Part shown: positions 36,615 to 50,011 of the stretch, piece by piece | How positions within the stretch are numbered: position 1 is the stretch's first letter | Layout of the letters: each line of letters starts with the position of its first letter | Source: Mytilus californianus | Taxonomy: Eukaryota | Length of the DNA: 64,000 nt | Assembly (NCBI RefSeq): GCF_021869535.1 | Contig: NW_026262690.1 | Span: forward strand, 80,538,001-80,602,000 | Direction of reading: 5' to 3' | Notes under the pieces: model-generated | Seen by the model: only the letters and a program-made list of their open reading frames with translations | Databases searched by the model: none | What the model was told of the DNA's origin: nothing | Program-made: the position numbers and the translations under genes

Positions 36615-37205
36615 GAGGGTGATATATCTCAGATGCTTAGGGAGGGTAAGCTGATCTAGCGCAACATGTGTCCTTGTCGTATTGCTAATACAAGTACAAT
36701 TCGGTGATTTCCTATTCGAGGAAAAGAGGACTGGATTGCGTTTACTACAATTGGATCATATCCGTCGTCATTTGTGAAACAGATATACCATAACGGTCAA
36801 CCAACACCTAATGGAGTCCGTTAAAAGGGATGACTTCAACATCACCACATAAAACCTTTTATTGTAATACCTTTATAGTAAGCAATAACCCTCTATCTAG
36901 GCAATAATGATAGGAAATGTAAGCTCTGGAATATCGTATTAATTGAGAGATATATACTCCAAATGCAGACGCTGCTGGAATATTTATACATAATAATGGA
37001 AAGTTCACAATTAGGGTGCTGAAATAATATCTTATGTCGTAAAGTGATGTTCTCTGCAGTCCCTCATTGTCAATATCTAGGTGTAAGTCAATATATTAGA
37101 CAGATTTAAGTGTATCTGTTGTATCCTTTATTTCAAGTTCGATGAGATAGATACGTTCAACGTAGTCATCAAACTTTGATTTATTGAGAGGACATCATCT
37201 ATTTA
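36615..37205 (-). mobile_element. Penelope-like RT 3' remnant
   Basis: Minus strand with frameshifts: IDDVL..KFDDYVERIYLIELEIKDTTDT..DLHLDIDNEG..IVNFP..NIPAASAFGVYISQLIRYSRA. Confidence 0.75.
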
Positions 37206-39099
37206 GTGGAACATAAAGTTCAATGATAATGCTAGCTTCTTTTCTTTTTTCCTGAGAAGCTCCTGTATGAAGTCTGCCTCGTATGATTAAGTCGACATGA
37301 AGAGGCGCACAGTTGGTTCTATGAAAATATTAATGATTTTTAGAAAAACACGTCCTCCAAATGAAACAAATATTTTGTCACGCAAGAAATCAAACATCTT
37401 GATTAGGTCCGTTTTAGAGAATTTTTTGTGTGAATTAGCGTGGTTTGCTCTACAAAGTATGATTTATCATTCCCTAAAACAAAATATTTGTTCCTACACT
37501 CGCCATTCTTTTTCGTGAAACAAAGTACCGTAGGACCAATTCTTATAAATTAATCTTTACTTTTTGAATAGGGAATACTTGTGTTAAGGGTAGAACAGTC
37601 AAATATTTTTATACTATTGCAATAGGAAAGAGACATAAATTGTATATAGTCTAAGAGATATTTGAAAAGTTTTAGTATCCACATTTGATTCTCACCGCCC
37701 TGGAGTAGGTTGTTTCACAATTACTCTGAATCCCGGCTATAATTGCTGATAAAATTGATGTTAATAGTTTAGAACGAAGTTTCGTGGAAAACTTGGCTCC
37801 AAGATTCTTGCTTAGAAGACTCAGCAATATAACGTTGTTTGAAGAGACACTTCTTATTTGTGAAAGAAAGTATAAAAGGCCACCTTTTGACCCTTTGAAT
37901 TTCGAAAATAAAAAGAATGGTACATATTTACCAAATAGCATTTTTCAAATGTTCACCAGAATTTAGTCGATCAGATTTCAGTATTTGAATTCTAGTATTT
38001 TTTCTTCATTATTAGTGTGAGGTCTCCAAATTTCCTGCATTTAAGAAATCACTGAAAAGAAGAAAATCTATCAATTATATTAAGAATTGAGCAACAGCTT
38101 TATCCAAAAAAGATAATTCGTCACCAGACGTCTTATACTAAAATGTTGTTGTTAGTAAAATGTAATTTTTCTGGGAAGGCTGTTGCACAAATCTAGTTTT
38201 ACGAAAAGTATGTATAAAGTGGCCATTTAAGGGCAGATATGCTTTTAATCATAAATGAAAAATCTACGATTAAATGGCAAGATTATATCCAATTCACTTA
38301 TCTTTAACGTTAATACAATTGGGAAAGGATTGCAGTATTTAAGTATATTTGTACTTTCATTCTTATCATACCACCATTTCTACGAATTTCAATGATAAAC
38401 CTATATCCACATCCAACTTAGATATAGAAAATTACCATGTATCTTTGAAATGGCAAAACCAACAGGAATCCATAAATATATTACATAAAGGTCGTTTTTA
38501 AATTGAGTAAGATATGGTCGAGGGATCATAATTAGTCTACAGACCAATGTCCTCCGCATCAATAGAAGTGACACAATTAAGACTCTTGTTTTATTTTTGA
38601 TTACGTTGCATTTCTCAATAACAATACCACTTTTCCGCTACTGGCTGAATAACAAGCGCACAATTACATATACAGCGATAAAAACTAATATGTTTTGTGT
38701 AAAGTATAAAGTAAAAATATATAAAGTTCATAAAATTCAATGAAAAGGTTGTCTTTTTATTGCTGTTAGTTATTTGGTTTTTTTTTATGTACTGATGTTG
38801 AAACAACTATGCAACTAGAGAATTATGATTCCTAGCGTAGATAATTAACAGTGTCTGTACACATCACAAATCATCTTTTTTATTTACCTATACTTGCATC
38901 AATTATATTCCCTTTAAAATCAAGATTTATATAACTTTCGGAACAAGTGCATGTGTATTTCTATATTCTGATATTTTGCAACTGAAAATAAAAAAATAGT
39001 CATCTATCATTTTGAACTTGAAACCTACTGTGTTCCTTGTCCCACAGTCTTGTCCCTTTATATATGTGAGGCATACTTCATACATAAGCCTCTTAGGGA

Positions 39100-41460
39100 G
39101 AATAAAAAGAAGCTTGCATTATACTTCATGTTCCGCTATATAGATGATGTCCTTTCACTAGATATTCCAAACGTTATTGACTATTTTGAATGCATCTATG
39201 CCATCGAACTTGACATAAAGGATACAACAGATAGAGAAAAGTCTGCCTCAGATATTGACTTACATTTACAAATTGGCAATGAGGGTCGGTTGAGAACAAA
39301 AGAGTTGATTTCAGGTTCCAAATTGTGAACTTCCATTTATATATAGCAAAACAACTCATCAAAGATATCAGGCTTATCATTTTTTTTACGCTAGACGCGC
39401 AACTTCGTCTACAAACGACTCATCAGTGACGCCCGAATCAAAACAGTTGAAAGCTTAAGGCCAGATCAAATATTAAATATAGGAGATTTAAAATTCTAAA
39501 ATTTCAAAAAACGCCGTGCCAAATCAAGCAAAGAAAATATTTACTTGGGGATAGAAAAAACTTCCGTGTTTCGAATAATTCAACATTGTATAAGCAGTAA
39601 ACGTACCAGCAGGTCCTGCGTTTGAAAATCCCATTGGTATCTACTGCCTATCTTTTATGTACCTGAAACAGTGACAGGACATTCTAAAGGTAAAAGTGTC
39701 ACTTTTTTAAATGCGCTTTTGAAGAATAAAGACCGTAAAACTAATTGCTGGTTAAACTCATATCTGTTTGTCGTCCACTTTGACGGAAAGGAGTGCTATT
39801 GCTTTAGCCAAGCAAAACAGTTTTTTAGATTCGAAAGAATGAAACGAAGCTAAGCTATCATTATCTTTTATCTTCACGTTTCGCTACATAGATGATGTCC
39901 TTTCTCTAAAAATTTCAAACTTTGGTGACCATGTTGAATGCATCTATCATATCGAACTTGAAATAAAGTATACAACCGATACAATAAAGTCTGCCTCAGG
40001 TTTTGACTAACAGCGATTAATCCAAGAGTTCCAAATGGTGAAGTTGAAATCATCCCTTCGTAAATTTTACGGACGCCATCACGAGTTGGTTGACCGTTAT
40101 GGAATAACCGTTTCTCAGATGATATCGGATATGTTCCTTATGTCGTAACTACAATACCCTTCCCTTTTCACGAATGTGACCCACCGAATTAGACTATTTA
40201 CCGAATTTGCAATAACAAAGGCAACACGACGGGTGCCACATGTGGAGCAGGATCTGCTTACCCTTCCAGAGCACCTGAGATCACCCCCAGTTTTTGGTGG
40301 GGTTCGTGTTGCTTAGTCTTTAGTTTTCTATGTTGTGTCATCTGTACTATTATTTGTCTGTTTGCCTTTTTATTTTTGGCCATGGGGTTGTCAGTTTGTT
40401 TTCGATCTATGAGTTTGACTGTCCCTCTGGTATCTTTTGTCCCTCTTCTACAAATTTGCAATGAGGGTTGGTTGGGAACAAAAGAGATGATTTCAGCTTC
40501 CCAATTGTGAACTTTCCATTTCTATGTCGCCAAAACTAATCAAAGATAACAGGCTTATCATTTTGTACGCTAGACACGCATTTTTGTCTACAAACGACTC
40601 ATCAGTGACGCCCGAATCAAAACAGTTAGAAGGCTAGATCTAATATCAAATTGAAGAGATTTAAAATTCCAAAATTCCAAAAAAATATGCTGAGCCAAAT
40701 CAGTCTAAGACTATCTTTACTTGTGGATAGAAAAACTTAATTGTTTCGAATAATTCAACATTTTATAAGCAGTAAACATTCCAGCAGCTCCTGCGTTTGA
40801 AAATCCCATTGGTATCTTCTGCCTATATTTTATGTACCTGAAACAGTAATCAATAATTCTAAAGGTAAAAGTGTCACTTTTTTAAATGCGCTTTTGATGA
40901 ATAAAGACCGTAAACCTTATTGCTGGTTATACTCATAACTGTTGGTGGTCCATTTTGACGGGAAGGAGTGTTGTTGCTTTAGGCAGGCATAACAGTGTTT
41001 TACATTCGGAAGAATGAAACGAAGCTAAGCTAGCCGTATCAATTAATTTCACGTGCCGCTTTATAGATGATATCCACTCACTAAATAGTTCAAAGTTAAG
41101 TGATTATGTTGAACGCATTTATCCCATCAAATTTGATATAAAGGATACAACCGGTACAGTAAAATTTGCCTCATATCTTGAATTACATCTAGAAATTTAC
41201 ATCGAGGGTCGATTGAGAACAAAACTTTACGATGAATGGGATGATTTTAGCTTCCCAATTGTGAACTGTCCACTTTTTGTTGTACATTTTCAGCAGAACC
41301 TGCATATGGAATATATATCTCCCAGTTGATACGACATTCCAGAGTTTGAATTTTCTATCATGATTGCCTTGATAGAGGATTTCTGCTCACTAGAAAGAGT
41401 TTTAAATGGTGAAGTTGAAATTATTACGAGTTGGTTGACCGCTATTGAATATTTTTTTCA
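39100..41460 (+). mobile_element. Tandem array of Penelope-like RT fragments alternating with hammerhead-family repeats
   Basis: FRYIDDVLS-type motif at about 39130, 39885 and 41055; 39275-40010 duplicated at 40452-41190; 3' UTR copy at 40010-40447. Confidence 0.75.
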
Positions 41461-42237
41461 CGGACGACTACGGGTATGTTCCAATTGTCGTAACCATAAT
41501 CCCTTCCTCTTTCCCTCGAATTTGACCAAGATCTGCTTACAGTTTCGAAACACCTGGGATCACCCCGGAATTCAAACGAGAAATCCAACAACCTGATGTA
41601 TACCAAAACAATTATCTTAAGACAAATATGACAGACAGCAACCAACGCAGACTTCTGACTTGGGATCGGCACATTCAGTATATAGCGGAGTTAAACATAT
41701 TTTTTTCTAATGCCTTTTTGGTATTTCACTAACTCAGATTAAAGGGAGATGATTGAGTACTTGAAACACGTTTAACTCCGTCACATGTACATGTAACTGC
41801 ACGTGAATAACCTTTTACGGGTTTTTATATATTTTTTATATAATTTTGTTCTTTCAGAAATGTTGGTGTTGATTGCAGAATTAAGAGCCTCGACAAAATT
41901 CATTCACAACTTTTCAAGATTTGAAGCGATTTGGAGTTTGAAATATTGAATACCTGTTTATTGTTAAGACTGTATATTGACCTCTAAATGTTCATTGACT
42001 TTTGCAGTCTCATGGACGCATACCCATGTTTTCTTGTATTTATGAATTCAAGCTAGAGACTCCGAAGGAAGAATATGTATCTTTCACCTTGTGCCTTACA
42101 AATTCCAAAACCCACCTTTGAAAATTCATACAAAAAATGGGTATTTGGTACGAAATTTGCGTGTTAAATACATCAAGTAGAAATAAGAAGATGTGGTATG
42201 AGTGCTAATGAGACAACTCTCCATCCAAGTCACAATT

Positions 42238-42402
42238 GACGGTGAAATTCGGAGATAACCACCGACCTTCAGAAGAAAAACTCGCCTAGTCAATTAAGAT
42301 TGGAGTTGAACGCACGTGCGTGGTGTGAACTTAAAATCTCAATGTTGAAAGGCGAGTGTGAAGTAGACGAACTACTCAGACCACTCAACCACCGAGGCTC
42401 CT
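42238..42402 (-). mobile_element. tRNA-derived SINE fragment, V-domain type
   Basis: Minus strand ggagcctcggtggttgagtggtct..agttc..actccaatcttaattgactagg..gaaggtcggtggtt.tctcc. Confidence 0.5.
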
Positions 42403-42891
42403 AAGAGCATTAAACCACAATTCCAACAAAATTTGTGCCAAAACTGTTAAGGCCCAAATTGAAACAAAAATTGAATCGCTAGGAGATGATGCAAATGTCA
42501 TTTTCAAATGGTAAGAAAAACATGTGCCATACTGCATACGAATGCGACCCGATTTTAATTTACCGAAGATTGTTTTAAGAGAGTGATCTTATCAATTCTT
42601 TTTGTAAAGCAAAACTTTTGACCTTGTAGTTTCAAAGATTGTCCCTGGCGGCTATGTTTTTCATTTGATCCGAAACATATGAAATCATGTAAAGAAGACT
42701 TCCGTGGCGTTGTCAGTTTGTTTTCGACTGGTGAGTTTGAATGTCCCTTTGTTTGTTTTCGCCTCTCTTTTCCCGTATATCATTAGTACAATATTTTGTT
42801 AGAATTTGACAGAAAGATAAACATGTGAATTTAAATAGGGCTTCGGTCAATGGAAAATACGAACACCGATGTTGTCATTTTGACATCAACA

Positions 42892-43140
42892 TTTGAGCTG
42901 CGTCGGATAGAAATCGACCTTACGCAAGTGTACGTATACATGTACATGTATAAGACTTTGATTGATTTGAACATTAAAATACGAAATAAAAGACGAATTT
43001 TGGTCGGTTTTGTAGGGTTCTTATAACAACTCAATTTTCAAACAGTTACAAACCTTCCGCAGAGATTTTTCAACGTTAAATATGTTAACAGATGTAATGA
43101 TATTCATTTGCATAATGTCGATTTCTATTCGACGACGCTC
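42892..43140. mobile_element. Small MITE-like element with terminal inverted repeats of 30-40 bp
   Basis: gcgtcggatagaaatcgaccttacgcaagtg (42900-42930) vs catttgcataatgtcgatttctattcgacg (43105-43134). Confidence 0.55.
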
Positions 43141-44344
43141 ATTGAATGATGAGGGCAGTTTGTAGATAAGATTTTGAATAATAAGCCAATCGAAATCAGG
43201 CTTTTCGTGTAGGCCATGCTTTTTTGTCCAGTTGTTTATATAGTAACGAAGGGAAAAATTGTATAAAGGACTTTACGTGTTTTATTTCATCAAATTTCAG
43301 TCCAAAATAACACAGTGCCTTAAAAGAGGATGATGACAACTAAAATTTTCTATTTTACAACAGCAAAAGTAGTGACCAAATGGGCCACATGAGCTACAAT
43401 GTATGACATTTAGGGTTCGTGGTCGATGCAAAAATTATTACAACAACGTAAAAAAAAAACACACATGAACCCTTACAAACTACCTTTCTGTCTGTCTGTA
43501 AAATAATAAGTATGTAGGAATAATAGAGCTATAGTGCAATTGTTTTCACACTATGTTTATTTTTTCCTTGAAATTCAAATTTCATCCAATTACATAAAGA
43601 TGAATTTTGATGAGATGAAATCTGGCAAGTGGGACACAGTTATCGTCCTTTGATTTTCGTTGTTTACAAATAGAGTCCCTACACCTTCCAAATTTATTTC
43701 TTTATATTTTATGCATAAAATAGAAAGTAAGGAGATGAAATAACATGAAAAAAATATTTCGTGCATGAATATTTAGGTAGAGTAGTGATTTGGTCCAGTT
43801 TGAAAAGGTCAAAAATTAGTATGTCTGAAGCTGTCAAACTGAATTATGGACCCCTTCGCACAAAATTGTCCATATTTTGAGTTAGAGCCGATAGACTTTT
43901 CTATAATTTTGATATAATTTGTCCCAAAAGTAGAACACTACACTGTAAAAATCTTTTTTGGTGGAGCAGGTGCGATTTTTTTAATTTGCGTTTTTTGTCT
44001 AATAGAAATGCACTACGAAATAACTGTGTTCTCGGGCCTAATGGGAGGTAACTACCTGTAATTTGTATGTTAGCAAAAAGTAATGCACACATCATCCGCC
44101 ATGTCATTCATAATCATAATGTGACATAATCATAAAAATTATCCAGTAAAACAAAGTTGTTGACTACCTGTTACTTCATTAAAAGTTTTATCCCTACATT
44201 CTCACAACATCATCTAAAAAATGTGATTTTTGAATATGTGTAAAAATAAAACTTTTCATATACAATGTACATTATTTCTTACAATTTTGTGGTATTAATG
44301 TTTGATTTCATATTATTCAGACATTCATACATGTAAACTTTTAC

Positions 44345-45010
44345 AGACACAAAAAATTTAAAAGTAGTTTTTTGGATCTAAATAAAGGCAACAGTAGTGT
44401 ACCGCTATTCGAAATTCATAAATCGATTGAGAAAAAAACAAATCATGGTTACAAACTAAAACTGAGGGAAAGACATAAAATATAAGAGGAGAACTACGAC
44501 ACAACAGAAACACAACATTAAAATGTACACACAGAAACGAACTATAATATAACAATGGCCATTTTCCTGACTTGGTACAGGACATTTTAAGAAAAAAATG
44601 GTGGGTTGGACCTGGTTTTGTGGCTAGCCAAACCTCTCGCTTTTATGGCAATGTTAAATATAACATTAAAATGACAACATTACATGACAGGACTACAATA
44701 CAAATAAATGGGAGAACATATAGGACAGAGAAACATACGAATAATAGCTAACAAAAGGTACCAGGTTCAAAATTTAATACGCAAAACGCGCGTTTCGTCC
44801 ACACAAGACTAACCAGTGACGCTCAGATCAAAAAAGTTCGCAAGCCAAAACAAGTACAAAGTAGAAGAGCATTGAGGACCAAAAGTTCCAAAAAGTTGTG
44901 CCAAATACGGCTAAGGTTTTCTGTCTGGGATAAGAACATCCTTAGTATTTAGAATAATTCATACTTTTGCAAACAGTAAATCTATAAAAATGACTATATA
45001 ATAGATATAC
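44345..45010 (-). mobile_element. Composite of common short repeats including a degenerate hammerhead-family copy, just downstream of gene A'
   Basis: aaataaaggcaacagtagt..tcgaa.ttcataaatcgatt tail; minus-strand ctggttagtcttgtgtggacgaaacgcgcg at about 44785-44820. Confidence 0.5.
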
Positions 45011-45131
45011 ATGATAACACCGAAGTGTTGACTAACTACAGAATAAAAACGGATACATAAAACAACATAAACCAGCACATAAAAATTCACAGCCGAGTTA
45101 GCCAAAGAGATCAACGCACAAAGCGCTAGCA

Positions 45132-45475
45132 TTATCTTGATTTAAGAGAGGACAGCGAGTTTTCTAAAATCCAATTTTTGACCTGTAATTTAAACATTTG
45201 TCCTTTTAGGTCTTCTGTTATCAATCCATGTTCATGTAATTCTTTTTGAAGTTTTTCTATTTCACACTTTCTCTTTTCTGCCTTGATCCTTTCATTTTTT
45301 AAAGACCTGTTGTATTCATAAAGCAGAAATGATGCAGAGACTCCGTAAACTAATGCTTCTCCAAGCAATTTTGTTCCTAAATTCATAGCTTCATCTGTTG
45401 ATAATGGTTCTACTGGTGTTGGTTTACCAAAACCAAGTAATTTTCTTTGTGATGTAAAATCCATTGAATGATACT
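45132..45475 (-). CDS. OPA3: OPA3-like protein A', exon 2 of 2 (spliced product 157 aa)
   Basis: Acceptor ttttttAG at 45477-45476; A|AG completes Lys, then YHSMDFTSQRKLLGFGKPTPVEPLSTDEAMNLGTKLLGEALVYGVSASFLLYEYNRS. Confidence 0.9.
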
Positions 45476-45734
45476 CTAAAAAAATCCAATAAAATTATGT
45501 TAAAAACTTTCATAGAAATTTACCAGTTTCAAATGCAAAATTTCAAGGGTCCTATGTTGATTACTTGGCACATGATTTCCAGTGATATCTATCAAAAATA
45601 CTGATAAAGGCTATTATTATTTTTCATATATTTTACATATCAATTGAATAAATTTATTTTTCATACAATTTCTGGAAACAACAGCCACTTTATGGGATAG
45701 CTATGGTATATTTGCATTCTTATGCAAAACTTAT

Positions 45735-46418
45735 AGAGGCATTAGCTACGAGATATGAAAAAAATATTAACTTATTTTTGTTTGCTCAATCATTAATGAA
45801 AGTGAAATAGTGAAATAATAATTCGCTTTTAGCAGCCAATTTGGTTCAATTTTGTCAAAATAAGGTAAGAAACATCGCTTATAAATTATTCACTTGAATT
45901 TGATAATTTGACCTTATTGCTTCCGTATTCATTTAACCTTCAATTTAACCACTTAGCTGGACATAGGTTACACATGCATTCAGCTATTAAAAGGAAAAGA
46001 ATGTCAACATTAAAAGTGAAACAAGGTTGAACCATTTGGTTGACTGATTCGATTCACAAAAAAATCATTCTTAAACAGGTAACAACGATGATAGACATAC
46101 TTTAAAACCTACAATATGAAATCAAACAGACCTAGAAAAATCTAATTCCACGTGGTCACTATCTGTTTAAATTCATATTTATGTTTATATCGGGTTATAT
46201 GACCGTCGGCAGTCTTCGGAGGTCATCTCGATGGTAAATTGGATGACGTCTAGACAAAAAATACACACGAAATGTTAATACATATTATCAAGTCAAAGCA
46301 TTGTTATTTTTTTTATCTTAGACTTTTTGTAATTTGGATATACGTGTTAGTATGTTCTAAATCAAATATGAGAATTTGAGTCAAATCGGTGAACATGAAT
46401 TTGACAGCCAATGCTCCT
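45735..46418. mobile_element. Kolobok-type non-autonomous DNA transposon in the A' intron
   Basis: TIR AGAGGCATTAGCT vs AGCCAATGCTCCT; flanks TTAT (45731-45734) and TTAA (46419-46422); purine-starting TIR with TTAA target. Confidence 0.55.
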
Positions 46419-46927
46419 TTAAAAAATATGTTTAGAGAGATATTTGAATTATGTTCCTCATTTAGAAAAAAGAATTTCAACAGTTGATTGGATCCAATAG
46501 TTAAAAGGAAGTTTTGAGAACTTTATGTTCACATAATTTTGTTATGCTTATTCCACTTTTTGATTATTCCAGTAAAGAAAATTTAAAATTTTAATCATAA
46601 TTTTTAAGAAGTGAGAATAAAAATTGTTCTTTCTCGACATATCTTTGTGGGAAAAGGATAATATTTAAATATTCATTTAAAGAGATATAATTCTATGACT
46701 ATTTCTTATTTTAAGAAATGTGGTATTTTTGTGTTTGTCTAAATAAGTATAATACAACTGCTTAATTATAACAATACAATATTTGACACTCTAAAATTTT
46801 TGAAATAATTTGAAACTAAATAATGTATATCCCTCATTCACATCTTGTTTGAGTTAGGTTATACTTTCATGCGTTTGGTTTTATCGGCTTTTCAACGTTT
46901 GTATTATGTTTGTGTCTTGGCATCGAT

Positions 46928-46970
46928 AATCACTGAAGAGACATTAATTGTCGAAATTCGTTTTTGGTGC
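46928..46970 (+). ncRNA. Damaged hammerhead ribozyme copy, 6153 family
   Basis: CTGAAGA-GAC-ATTAATT-GTC-GAAA intact but stem III (TTCGTT) unpaired. Confidence 0.45.
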
Positions 46971-48458
46971 AGACAAATTTGCAAAATAATATTTTTGCAT
47001 CATTTTTCAATATAATTATTGGTTGCGAATGATTGTATGTACCATAATCTTAATTAAAAAGTAAAATATAAAAAATACCGAACTCCAAGGAAAATTCAAA
47101 AGGAAAAGTCACTTACCAAATGGCAAAATCGAAAGCTCAAACACATCAAACGAATGGAAAACAATTGTCATATTCCTGACTTTGTACAGGCATTTACTTA
47201 TGTAGAAAATGGTGGATTACACCTGGTTTTATAGCTAGCTTAACCTATCACTTGTATGACAGTTGCGTAAAATTACATTATATTGACAACAATGTGTGAG
47301 CAAAACAAACAGACATAACAGGACAAAATGTCAAAAATTGGAGTACAGTAGTCAGCAACTGTTACTTTTCGTTTCAGTTTTTCCAATTATTTCCCAAATG
47401 TTTGGATGCACCCAGTTGATATCAATTTTTCTAAAAAAAGATCTTATATCTTACAATCAGTCATACCATCTCGGTTTTTTCGTGGTAGAATGCTAGTAGT
47501 ATACATCTACCCACTAGTACACCAATTTTGATCTTAAACCATTATCTGACCAGCTCTGAAAAGACTGAAAAATAAATTAGTAAGCCATTTCCAGTCTTTC
47601 GGTCAATTTCCAAAAAAAATCAGTACTGTTCAGACAATTTTCTTGCAGTCATTTAAGATCTGTTCAGTCTATGTTTAGTAATTGTTATTAGCCCTTAAAC
47701 GTCGACATAATACTCAATTGTCTGAAAAGCTTCTGAACAGTACTGAATTGACCACAAGCGAATTGTCTGAAGAGTACTAAATTTTCCGCGATAGAAAAGT
47801 CCGAAAAATTGACTGAATTACTGAATATGACTGAATAATTTATTGTTCAGAATTTTTAGGTGATTTTAAGATCGAAATGACCGTTTAAGACTTAAATTCA
47901 TTTACTTCACCTGCATATTGGATATACATTTCCCAATTCATTCGGTATTCAAAAACTTGCAGCTGCTGCTCAGACTTTATAAAACGTCACCAGTGTCTGA
48001 GCAGAAAGTTGATAAACCAGGGTTATGTCAAAGATCGTCTCGTAGTTTTTTTTAAATTCCATCAATAGATACCAAGACCTTGTTGATAAATATTCCGTAT
48101 CAAATTCACAAATAATACCTGATGGTTTTGAAGTATAGATTCTAGGTACTGAAGTAGTTTATTATCTTAATTACGTTTTATAGTGTTTTTTTATTGGTCT
48201 TTTTTTATATTTTTAACCTTTACTGTTTAGTCCATTTTGGTAATATTCTTTTTGCGTGGCTTGGTATTTATACGTCTTCTCTATACCTTATGTTCTTAAC
48301 ATAGCACCACTTCTACCAATAGACAACTAAAACACAAACGTATGTTTGTCGACTAGCTTGCTGCTTGTGTATTTTCTGAGCTAGCGATTTTATTCAATAA
48401 ATATGTACAAACATGTCACATCAATACACATTAAAAATTGTGGCAATCATAATGACTT

Positions 48459-49383
48459 CTAATATCTACCATGGCGCTTCCAGCACCTTTCGTTAACGTC
48501 AGAATTAGCCGCCGCAGTGGCACCACCAGACATCAAAGAGTGCAAACCAAGATTTAACTCTGGAGCAACTAATTTCAAACGCTTCAGTATGCATTCTCTA
48601 GCTGTGCTATAGCTGATCGGTTCATTAACCTGAATTAAACCAGACTTTTTCTTAGATTTGTACAATGGACGAAACAAATACTTGTCCGAACAAATATCTA
48701 AATGCGCCATTCCAATATACTTAATAACATGTCAAATGGACAAGCCATTGTTCGACCTTTAGAAACTAAAATTCATCTCCGGCTCTATATTGGTCAGTTT
48801 TGCTCTTTTTAATCTTTACAATTAAATAGTTATCTTTAAGAATAATGTTGTTACGCTTCAGATTACTCAACTCACTAAATTTAAGAAAAGCGCTATAACT
48901 CAGTAAAATCATAGCCAGATCCTATTGTTAAATCATTTGACCCTTGAAACATAGAACATAAACTTATCAAATTATCATTGAAGACAGGATATTTCTTTAC
49001 AACTGGAGCTTTAGAAGTACGTTTAGCCGACTCAACTATATTTTTTACAAAAGCATTCTCTGTAGGATCTAACTGACCTGACATGTAATGAGCCCATTTT
49101 ATAGAATAAAATCACTATTGATTGTACTGTATGTAGCACCTGAATCAAGCATGCACTAAATATAAAGAAACATGAATAGGCGATGTTGGCAAATAAATCA
49201 AATTATGTTCATGCGAAAATGTGTTCCATTTTTTAAAAGCATAGTTATATTTTCTAACAGTACTGTCACTTCTGGCATCAAGCAGTCTCGTCGAAAAACT
49301 ACCCACCAAATCATGTAAAGGATGATCCTCTCCGATACCACTATCCTCCACGGCTTCTGTTACAAACCGTCCCAGCTTTAACC
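48459..49383 (-). pseudogene. DIRS tyrosine recombinase, frameshifted and 3'-truncated
   Basis: DSTVRKYNYAFKKW..HVSLYL, KWAH..DPTENAFVKNIVESAKR, KKSKTDQYRAG, LFRPL, GLHSLMSGGAT (HxxR Arg replaced by Met), KRHGR then stop; catalytic Tyr region not seen. Confidence 0.85.
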
Positions 49384-49406
49384 CTGTACAAAAATACAAA
49401 ATAAAA

Positions 49407-50011
49407 TCAATCAAATCTGATCTTAAATGCAATCAAGGAAAATTTCATATGTTTCCCAAATACACCATTATTTCCCCTTCCGGGAACGACAGGACTAATG
49501 TTCATTATATGGTGTTTGTCTGTTATGAAATGTTTCAAATTTCCAAAAATATCATGTAACATCAACCAATAAGGTGAAGAATACCACAATGGAACTACCA
49601 GTGTACAATTTGCCTCATCACTTCACAGTTTTCTTATAACCTTACAAACAACATTCGGTGGTGGTACTAACCAATTGTTTTCACTAAACCAGTTTTGTGA
49701 GAACGCATCTATTGCTTCTGTGTTCTTACACCAGCACTTAGAATTAAATCTCGAACATTTAGCGTTGTAATCTGTAGCAAATCTTTCTATTTTATGCCTA
49801 CCCCATAACTTATCTGACATTTGAAATACAGATTCTTCAATACCCCAGTCGTCGCAATCTGAATATCTACTCAGACCATCAGCAATTTTATTTTGTTCTC
49901 TTGGAATCCAATGTGGTTTAATTTTTATATTGCTCTCTGAACATGAATAATATAGCTCACAAGCAATATTTTGAAGTTCCGATTTTTTGCTACCAATTTT
50001 AACTATACCAG
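49407..50011 (-). pseudogene. DIRS RNase H C-terminus and Dam-methyltransferase-like domain, broken
   Basis: HWIPREQNKIADGLSR..DCDDWGI..WGRHKIERFATDYNAKCSRFNS..AIDAFSQNW..NNWLVPPP..CTLVVPLWYSSPYW. Confidence 0.75.

Noticed and set aside
40180-40447. Possible SECIS or HDV-like ribozyme in the Penelope-like 3' UTR
   Set aside because: I could not build the required pairings by eye; no in-frame TGA pattern supports selenocysteine.
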